Source: Camelus ferus (lineage: Eukaryota). Taken from it: a DNA stretch of 64,000 nucleotides. The DNA lies in assembly GCF_009834535.1 (NCBI RefSeq), contig NC_045696.1, forward strand, positions 60,638,001 to 60,702,000, in the 5' to 3' direction. The stretch's first letter is position 1, and every line of letters starts with the position of its first letter. The position numbers and the translations under genes were made by a program. The notes under the pieces are model-generated. The model saw only the letters and a program-made list of their open reading frames with translations, was not told where the DNA came from and did no database searches. Positions 54,408 to 64,000 of the stretch are shown here, one piece after another.

Positions 54408-55011
54408 AATCTACTTCAGGATGACACCTGCACCCCAATGTTCATAGCAGCACTATTTACAATAGCCAAAACATGGAAACAGCCTAAATGTCCATCAACA
54501 GGTGACTGGATAAAGAAGCTGTGGTATATTTATACAATGGAATACTACTCAGCCATAAAAACCGACAACATAATGCCATTTGCAGCAACATGGATGCTCC
54601 TGGAGAATGTCATTCTAAGTGAAGTAAGCCAGAAAGAGAAAGAAAAATACCATATGAGATCGCTCATATGTGGAATCTAAAAAACAAAAACAAAGCGTAA
54701 ATACAGGACAGAAATAGACTCACAGACGGAGAATACAGACTTGTGGTTACCAGGGGGGTAGAGGGTGGGAAGGGATAGACTGGGATCTCAAAATTGTAGA
54801 ATAGATAAACAAGATTACACTGTATAGCAAAGGGAAATATACACAAAATGTTATGATAACTCACAGAGAAAAAAATGTGACAATGAGTGTGTATATGTCC
54901 ATGAATGACTGAAAAATTGTGCTGAACACTGGAATTTGACACAACATTGTAAAATGATTATAAATCAATAAAAAATGTTTAAAAAAATAAAAATAAATAA
55001 ATAAATAAAAA
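54408..55011 (+). mobile_element. Young 5'-truncated L1
   Basis: ORF 54438-54680 is an intact ORF2 C-terminus; A-rich tail; perfect 15-bp TSD taaaaaacattctga at 54393-54407 and 55012-55026. Confidence 0.95.
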
Positions 55012-56476
55012 TAAAAAACATTCTGACTTGTAAGTATGTCTTATGATGACAAAAATCAACTTTAGTGAAGAGTTGGGATGGAAAGGCACCTATATGTTTT
55101 GTTTCAAACATGCTAGGCCTCAGTGCTGAGCATGTATAGAACTTCTAAGCAAAACGGGAAAGAATCTCACTTCACCATTAGACTGAAAGTAAAAGAAGTG
55201 GGTTCCTTCCTTGCTCTTTCCTAACTAAGGTACTACATTCCAGAGCAAGCAGTTATTTAAAGAGTATGCCCATGCTGGATTTCTCCAAGCTGCTCTAAGT
55301 GGCCCTTAGTCAAAACAGAAATGGGCTGCAGGGTAACTGTCTTGAATATCTGGCACAGGTACAGTGCTTTTGTTACCTAAGCTTTATCTGTAGCACATGG
55401 ACAAAGCGGCTGGGCCCGCCAAAAGGAGCTGAGCTACTAAACCTAAGATTCTTTAACATGGTCTTAACCTTTCTGTTCCCCTCTAATCACTCAACCTGCA
55501 CATACCATGCTGGGAACCCAGTATATCTCTGCTGTGCCACAAGACTTCAGCCAGGTTGACAGAAAATGGAAGATGGAAGTTTTTTCTACAGCGGGCTTAC
55601 AGCAACCAAATTGGCAAGCTAAGACCTCTGTGAGGGAGCAAGTTAGTAAAAGGTTCTGTTTTCAGTGGCAAACAGGGGTAGGTTGTCTTTATCCCCACAC
55701 TTTCCTCTGCTGCTAAAACTGGCCTCTTAGACAGCTGGAGGGATCACGTCGGCAGAGGCAATGCCCCTCCATATGCTAGAACTTCCCTTGGATCTCTTAG
55801 CTAACTCCCCAGGCAACCAGTGACCAATGGATCTTTTTGGTAGGCTCCCTCACGCAATGATACAAACACCTGCCCCTTTATCTCATGGCTGTAAGTTACC
55901 ACTGATCCGAAATGCCATCTTTTAACATACTAAATCTTATATGGTGGGTATGTTTCGGAGCTTTCTTACTCTGTTCACTTTTGAGATTTCTCAACAATAT
56001 TCAGTAATATTACATGAATGAAAGTTGTTGAATGTTGTGGGGGAGAAAAGTTAACATATTTCCCTTTTTAAAAAGAGAACAAAGAATAATGCTAAGAGCA
56101 AAATGACAATTTTTTTAAAAAACATACTTCATATGTCATTTACATATATAACCTTCAAAAATTACATAAAAACTGAGGTGGGAAAATGCAAAGTGAAAGG
56201 CTCCCTTGACTTTGCCCTTTTATTTACTTATTTATTTAATAAAAGAGGGGAACCTTAGAAAACTACCCTTTCCACTTATATAGGAATGATTCCCTTCCAT
56301 GTTTTCATATCCAGCTTTGACTTCTCTTATGACCTCCAACTTCCTGCATGTCACTCCTATTTGAAAGCCCTAATGTCACTTCAAACTAAACATGACCCAA
56401 GCTGCCTTCTCTTTTAAACAATCACATATTCATCAGTGTTTTGACTATTTTTTAAATGTCTAAAAATCATTCTTTC

Positions 56477-56866
56477 AAAATACCATATGAGATCACTCAT
56501 ATGTGGAATCTAAAAAAAGAACATAAATACAAAACAGAAACAGACTCAAAGACATAGAATACAAACTTGTGGTTGCAAAGGGGGAGGGGAGTGGGAAAGG
56601 ATAGACTGGGAGTTCAAAACTTGTAGATACTGACAGGCATACGTAGAATAGATAAACAAGATTATACTATATAGCACAGGGAAATACATACAAGTTCTTG
56701 TGGTAGCTCACAGCGAAAAAAACTGTGACAATGAATATATGTATGTTCACGTATAAATGAAAAATTGTGCTCTACACTGGAATTTGACACAACATTATAA
56801 AATGACTATTAATAAAAAGATGTTTAAAAATGTTTAAAAATTAAATAAATAAATAAATAAATAAAT
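56477..56866 (+). mobile_element. Young L1 3' end, same family as 54408-55011
   Basis: Highly similar to 54645-54990; TSD atcattctttc at 56466-56476 and 56867-56877. Confidence 0.92.
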
Positions 56867-57067
56867 ATCATTCTTTCTTATACTATGTCTCATTTTCCAG
56901 TTGTTTAAGGTAGAAAGGAAAATTCACCTCCAGTTATCCCATCATAGCCAAAAGCAGAAGTCTTCCAAATGACGTGGATAAAAAGCAGCATGTTATAATG
57001 CAAAGAACATAGACTTGGGAGCCAGAACTATTTGGGTTCAAATTCTAGCTTTCTCACTTAAAAAAAA

Positions 57068-57212
57068 TTTTTTTTTTTAATTTCTACTTTTCTTTGTGGG
57101 GAGAGGTAATTAGGTTTATTTATTTATTTATTTTTAAATGGAGGTACTGGGGATTGAACCCAGGACCTGCTGTTTGCTAAGCATGCACTCTATCATTGAG
57201 CTATACCCTCCC
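57068..57212 (-). mobile_element. tRNA-derived SINE (Vic-1-like)
   Basis: gaggtaattaggtttattt...ggaggtactggggattgaacccaggacct...gagctataccctccc. Confidence 0.9.
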
Positions 57213-57234
57213 GCCCTTCTCTTTTAAATAGTTT

Positions 57235-57974
57235 AAAAATCACAATGAGATACCACTTAACACCCATTAGGATGACTATTATTAAAAACACACAGAGGAA
57301 AACAGAAAGTAGCAAGTGTTGGTTGGGAGGATGTAAAGAAATTGGAACTTCTGTGCATTGCTGGTGGGAATGTAAAATTGTACAGTATCTATGGAAAACA
57401 AAATGGAGATACCCCAACAGGTTACACACAGAATTACCATGAGATCTCACAATTCCACTTCTGGGTATACACACAGAAAATGAAAGCAGGCACTCCAACA
57501 GGTATGTGTGCGCCAATGTTTACAGCAGCATTGTTCACAATAGTCAAAAGGTGGAAGCAACCCAAACGTCCATTAACAGGTGACCAGCTAAACAAAATGT
57601 GGTACATACATACTACGGACCATTATTCAGCCTTAAAAAGGTAGGAAATTCTGATACATACTACATGAAAGAATTCTGAAGACATCATACTAAGTGAAAT
57701 AAGCCACACCATTTATATGAGGTTACCTAGAGTAGTCAAGTTCATAGAGACAGGAAGTAGAACAGTGGTTGCTAAGGACTCAGGGGAGGGAGAAATGTGG
57801 AGTGATTGCTTAACAGGTACAGAGGTTTAGTATGAGAAGATGCCAAAAGCTCTGGAGAGGAATGGGGTGATGGTTGTACAACAATGTGAATGTATATGCC
57901 ACTGAACTGTATACCTAAAAATGTTTAAAATGGTAAATTTTGTTATGTTTATTTCACCACAAAAAAAAAAAAAA
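57235..57974 (+). mobile_element. L1MB-type ORF2 end and 3' UTR
   Basis: ORFs 57245-57442 and 57342-57644 carry ORF2 text (MRYHLTPIRM, MFTAALFTIVKRWKQPK); poly(A) at 57961-57974. Confidence 0.88.
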
Positions 57975-58434
57975 GTTTCATCCTCTGCCCCACAACTACC
58001 AATTCCACAAAGTATTTAAGATAGGACTGCCTGTGTGACCTTAGGTTGGTTATTTAAACTCTCTAGGGCCCCAGAGAAGTTTTGAGCATCTTGAACAGGC
58101 ACTTAACACAAAACTCTTTGCTGCCTCCAAACCACCCAAAAAGCCTAACCACTGAAAGTATGCATAAAAAAAGCCCAAAGCAAGTGAACAAATTATTCTA
58201 ATATTAATATAATAGTAATTTCTGAGGCATTTGGAGGCTGTAATTTAGACAGATGTTAACTCCTCCTACCCTCTAGAAAAGAGAAGAAAGTCATCAGACT
58301 TTTAGAAAAAATGGTAAATCTTCCTGTAACAGGTTTCCCAGCCATATCTGTGCTGAAGTAAGATGAGAATATAAAATTATCAGCTCCACTTCCAGTCTCT
58401 TGGGAGACTGATATGACAGATCAATCACACTTAC

Positions 58435-58503
58435 CTGTACTGCCACCCAGTGACAAGATTGGTGTACTTCATTAAGTAGCCACACACATTTTCCATGTGA
58501 TCA
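58435..58503 (-). CDS. OSBPL11: OSBPL11 exon 2 (start of PH domain: DHMENVCGYLMKYTNLVTGWQYR)
   Basis: Minus strand gaaacAG|TGATCAC...GTACAG|GTAAG; 69 nt; not in ORF track. Confidence 0.95.
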
Positions 58504-60305
58504 CTGTTTCAAAAAGATCAGAAAGTACCAAAGTCAGAGACAATTAGAAAAAAATCCCAGGAGGTTAACTGAACAGTTTAAAGGATAGCTGTAGATACAT
58601 AATTTTTCTACAAACGCTTCAAACTTACTTCAGAAGTAAAATTTATAGGTTAATAAGTAAAATTTACAGTTCTACTGAGCTATTTAATCTCCCATATTTC
58701 ATAACCATAGGACTTTATTTCACCAGAGTTCTTCAAAACAAGTGTAATCCCCATTAAATTATATAATATCTCAAATATAAAATCATTATATAAGTATAAA
58801 ATTATATAAATATGAAACAAATATACTATAAATATAATTATAAAAATACTTTATAACTCAATTCAGTACTAAAGAAATAAGATTCAGTTTTAAGGTTCTA
58901 GAATAAACTAAAAAGGGTCTCTAGGTTGAACAGTGCCTCCTTACTCTGGTGGAACATATTATGTCTTTGATTTTTTGGCCTTCCAAAATGAAGATCCTGT
59001 TTTTGATGAGTGTGACACATCACTCCCACTCCCCAACCCTAGACAGGCAGAGGCAGAGTGCTCACGTCAAGTCTTGCCACTGGAAAGATTTATTTGGGAC
59101 CTGTATTATTAGCCTAACTACAATTGAGTTTCTTTACTCTCTTTTCTATCTATTAGATTATGTTATAGTGGTTTATAGAAAATGCAATATCTCATTGATA
59201 TTTCTTTTCCAATATTTTAAGGTTCCTTACACTTAACAAAAAGATACTAACGCTAGACTGGCATATCTTTTTGATATATGGGCTTCATCTTTTTTATTTT
59301 GTAATTTACATTAAGAATTTCTTTTAAACTCACCTACTCTAGTTTTAACTATAAAATGCAATGAATTTTATACACTTATTTTCTCTACTATTCCTGAATC
59401 ACAGTTTATTTGGTAAAATTTCAGCTAGCCAGCATCTAAGAAATTGAAAGCACAGATATAACTGGCAACCTTTAAGACACAGACATCAAGAGCACAATCA
59501 AGGGAGAGGTGACACAACAAACAGAACAAAATTTTTATAAGATTTAGATGGACCTGAATGACAAATGAGAAGAGAGGAAGATAAAGATATTCTCTCAGGC
59601 AAACCAAATGACCAAATTGACTATAAGAGTCCAGTAGCTATTACTACTGGAGAGCAAGTAGGAGGCCGCCCTCTAATCTCACGTCTTCTTGGTATTTGAA
59701 AATAAAGATCAAATGAAAATAAAGAACACTGATCAGTATGGGGGTTTTTTTTTTTTCCTGTATTTTTCTTCCATTCTAAGATGAGCAAACAACACTGTTT
59801 ATTAATATTAAGTGAAACTGCTCAAGTTCTTTAGGCTTTGTAAGGTCCTAATCTCAAGAAGACAAAGGCTGTCAACTTCTAAAATGCCCACCCAAAGTTA
59901 TGGTAATTTATATCTATTCTGTTATGTTAAAACTGACAGTACCATCTGAATTCTCATTTCAGTATTTTCTAAAATCCATATCTAAAGGAAAGATTCTTCT
60001 CTAGAAACCTAATCCATTGGATTTTTTGCTATAGGGCCTCTATTTCCAGTCCTACGTCACAGCAAAGCTATTTCTTTCAGTTCTACTGGTACTTGAACAA
60101 GCAGAGAGAGAATTTTCTTGCATGGCTCTCACATTTTCCCCAGGCTTCAGGCTTCAGGCTTAAACATATCTTTGGGGCCATAGGAATACCAGTGCCCCTG
60201 GACTCTGCCAAAAAATAATTTCCCAAAAGAGTTCCTCATCTGTTTTAGATATTTAACACAGAGCTTAGCTGCCCTGAACTGTTCTTGTCCTCAAAACTTA
60301 TTCCT

Positions 60306-60691
60306 TCACTTATATATGGAATCTAAAAATAAAAACAAAAATCCCCCACAAAACTCATAGATACAGAGAACAGATTAGTGGTTGCCAGAGGTGGAGGTGG
60401 GAGGTGTGCAAAATGGATGAAGGTGATCAAAAGATACAAATTTGCAGTTATAAAATAAATAAGTACTGGGGAATGTTATGTATAGCATGGTGACTATAGT
60501 TACAAATACTGTGTTGTATATTTGGAAGTTGCTAAGAAAGTAGATCTTAAAAGTTCTCATCACAAGAAAAGTATACATATGTGTGGCGATGGATGTTAAC
60601 TAGACACCATGATCATTTTGCAACATATAAACAAATCATTATGTTGTGCACCAGAAACTGTTATGTCAATTATATCTAAATTTTTCAAAAA
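60306..60691 (+). mobile_element. L1MA-type 3' end
   Basis: tcacttatatatggaatctaaaa...gagaacagattagtggttgccagagg...tagatcttaaaagttctcatcacaag. Confidence 0.85.
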
Positions 60692-61569
60692 TCTTACTCT
60701 CTGTCTACTCTGTCCTGTAGCTTCATAACCTGAATATTTGTCAATTTATTTACACTCTGTATCAATCTACAAAAGGCCTAGGGTGTCACATAAATTAAAC
60801 ATTTCCCCCAAGTACTCAGATATTCCGTAATTCACCATTTTTTATTTTCCCCTTTAATCTAGGTTCTCTAAACCAAGTTTTCATTACTAGATAATAATAA
60901 TTTCATAGTCATCAGCATATTATAAAGACATTACAACTCAATTACGGTTCAATTTCTCTGGTTCTAGGACTATATATATTCTTCAAATGTATATATGAGC
61001 TGTGTGAAGAATCTTTCTTAAAACTTCAAGTAAACTATCTACAACTGAGAAAAACAAGATCTTCATTTCAAAGCAATTAAAGACAATGCCTCTTCTCCTT
61101 GACCTTTGTTCAGTCTTATTAAAGGTATTCCTCATTTTCGTCATATCTAAGTTGTCTATATCAGTCATTTAATAGCTATCAATGAATTTTTAAGAGTACA
61201 ATTTCAGCAGCAGCATTCACTAAATAAAATGAGTGTATCCTCATATTTCACAATACAGTAATGTTTTATATTTAATTTTTAATGTTTTTAATATTTTTGA
61301 TGCTTATCTAAAAAGTTAACTTTCTCACAAAAATCACAAGAGGGATATTGACATGGTTCATTTGTTAGTAGCATAAAGCCAGCCTTAAAAGAACAGAAAT
61401 TCACGTACGTAATCACAAACTGCTAGCCTCCTTTTACTATATAAGACAGACATCTGAGGTTGTATAGAACCAACCTACGAACATCCCCCTCTTTGAAACA
61501 GTTGGTTACACTATCCCTGGCTCATCCTTCCCTTTCTCCAGTCAGTACAACCAGCAGACGTGGAACCAC

Positions 61570-61587
61570 TGTGCCATCTGGTGGCCA
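61570..61587 (-). promoter_or_regulatory. Candidate CTCF binding motif in intron 1
   Basis: Minus strand TGGCCACCAGATGGCACA, close to the CTCF core CCASYAGRKGGCRS. Confidence 0.55.
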
Positions 61588-61959
61588 GCACAAAAGGCTC
61601 TGTGAGTGAATGTCTTTGGTTTACTGCTTCTTCCCTACTTCCTTATAATTGAGTCATTATGTAGTACCTCTGACACTCATGTTTTGCTCCCATTTAAAAT
61701 GTGTGAATTTAATAGATTTTTAATATACCTGTTAATATGAATAAAATCCAGTTGTTAAAGTGGGAATACACCACATATCTGATTATATCATACGAATAGT
61801 TTGTGTTCTGTGAAGTAAAAATGTTGGTCCAAAAGACTAATAAAAAGAGAAATATATTTCCTTGAGGAAAAAGAAAATGACTCATTGGGACTGTGTTTTT
61901 AGCTGCCACACAAATGAAAAGGGTATTTTGTTAAAGATGAGATTCATTAAACAAAGACA

Positions 61960-62520
61960 CAGGATTCAAAAGTGATTAGGCTGAAATGACTGGACTTAGA
62001 TGTGAAAAGAGAGTGAGAGTAAAGAGCGAGAGAGAAGGGACAAGGCAACACCCAGATTTCCAGCTGGTGTAACTGTGTAGATACTAATACCTTCTCTGAA
62101 ATGGGGACCATAAAGGAACTTTTGGATTTATTCCAATTTAACATGTTGAATTGATGGGACCTGTGGGGCATACACAGGGAGATATCCAATAAGGTGACAT
62201 GATCTGGATTAAACATACAGATTTGGTAGTAATCAGCATATACGCATGTAACTGGTAACTGCAGCCATCAGAGTAAATAAAATCACCCAGGAAGTATTAT
62301 AAAATGACAATAGAAGGGACAGAGTAAGAGAGAACCCTAAGGAAAAGTTTTAAAGGCAAGAGGAGTACAGAAAGGAGGTAAGAAGCAGCAGAGTAGTAGA
62401 ACGAAAACCAGGAGTATTTCAAGTAAGTCTGTGGTCAAGAATGTTTACTGCTACTGAGGGGTGAAGGAAGAAGAAGACTGAGAAATTTCTACTAGATTTA
62501 ACAACCAAGAGATAACAGGT
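61960..62520 (-). mobile_element. Degraded L2 fragment
   Basis: caacacccagatttccagctgg...aacatgttgaattga...gggagatatccaataagg...gactgagaaatttctactagattta. Confidence 0.6.
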
Positions 62521-63339
62521 TGATGGAATGATGAAGACAGAAAGAGTGGGCAATAACCAAAGGGAGACTGGGAGAAAGAGGAGTGGTTAAGGGAGTGTGG
62601 GCTTAATGCAGGGCAGTTCTAAGTGCCTAACAGGTAGGAAATAGTAAAAAGGCTCACAACTCAGAAAGAAGACAGACAGAAATGGGGGAGGTGGGCTCCA
62701 GAGCCCAGGTAGAGGAATTAGTGTTGGACACCTTAAGGCATTTAATTACATGCAGGGATTTATGCAAGCTGTAGTAAGGGAGGTGCCAGTCACACCACAG
62801 ACCAAAATTCCTACTTTCTACAAGGCAAGAACTGTCCTCCAAAAAGGCTTAGTTTTGGTTCATTCCCTTGATAACATAAATAGCATGAAGGGAGGGAGCA
62901 GCCTGCTTAGCTGAGGAAAAAGCAACTGACAACAGATGGGGGTGATTGCAACACATGTACCTCCTGCTGCTGTAAAAAGATATTCTACAGAGCAGGGACT
63001 GCTTCCCACTCTCCTAGCACTCCTTGCAGCACATAGGGTGTGGACTGGGATATAAACAGGCGTTCTATAAAGAATGAATTAAGCAATGGGAAGATAGAGG
63101 CAGGATTTTTCTATAAAACCATAAGACAACTGAATAGCCTGCAAAAAAAAAAATAATAAATTCCCAGCCTGTATGCTCAAATAAATCCCAGATAAAACAA
63201 ATTCTAATTCCAACTGTGTCAATCTGTTTCAAAAAGTATAAAGTCAAGGGACACTCACTCCCTCCCTCCTTTCCAGTAGGTATTTTGTCAAGAACTATGA
63301 AAGGTCTGAGATGAAACCCTATTTGCAAGCTAATAAGTT

Positions 63340-63765
63340 GGCTTGCTGTAGTTTCCCGGATGCTGGCAGGAGACCTGAGACAAGTCAGAGATGAAAGACT
63401 TCAGTAGTCACAGCACTAGCAGTAGACAGATTATCAGTCCAAACACACGGGGCGATGCATAGAGGGCAGGAGATGCCTGCACACGCGGCAGGTTGTGGGA
63501 CAGACGAGGAACCTTGAGTGTAGGGAGCCCAAGACTTTTAAGGACAGTAAGTCTGCCTGACCTCCGTGGCAAGGAGACATTATCTCTATCATACTAGACA
63601 GTAAACAAATCTCACTTTTTCTCAGGAGGGAGACACTATCTCTATACTCTAAGACTGTTTGTTACAGTATTTTTGAGAAAACAGTAAAGAACAAAAGACA
63701 GTCAGTATCTTTGCTCACAAGACAGACAGAAACATAAGAGACCCATGAAGAATGGTCTCCCAACA
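63340..63765 (-). mobile_element. ERVL-type solo LTR (LTR40/MER76-like; subfamily uncertain)
   Basis: Minus strand begins TGTTGGGAGACCATTCTTCATGGGTCTC. Confidence 0.55.
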
Positions 63766-64000
63766 AGTATCATATGCATATCACAGTGAAAAGTCTTAGC
63801 CAACCTTGTCTGCCAGCCCCCAGTCCCCCTCCTCAGAGATAACCACTTCCCTCAACTTTCTGTGTTATCTCTTCAGAGATATTCTATGTTTCTACAAGTG
63901 TGCCTGTGCCGTGGACACATACACACTTTATTTTTTAAATAAATGGTTGCAATCACATTCCGTACCTTGCTTTTTCCACAGTTTTCTTAGACGGCTTCAT

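Overview
AT-rich mammalian genomic DNA, most likely a camelid (five tRNA-derived SINEs resembling Vic-1, plus young L1 3' ends). The window holds most of OSBPL11 (ORP11, PH + OSBP-related domain) on the minus strand. Twelve coding exons (numbered 2-13 by analogy with human) were traced by hand between 58503 and the TGA at 2937-2939. All have GT-AG boundaries and join in frame (2080 nt; 692 complete codons plus stop). A ~1.65 kb 3' UTR follows, with AATAAA at 1311-1316. Exon 1 and the promoter lie beyond the right edge. Introns are mostly L1, L2, MIR, LTR and DNA-transposon remnants; subfamily names are from recalled consensus sequences and are approximate. I found no convincing new biological system. 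The most notable items are an intronless, decayed KRAB-zinc-finger retrocopy antisense in intron 10, a scrambled direct-plus-inverted local duplication next to exon 9, a TSD-flanked L1 chimera with an unrelated 3' tail in intron 5, nested transposon stacks, a cluster of miRNA 8mer sites in the 3' UTR, a perfect 17-bp hairpin and a CTCF-like motif.
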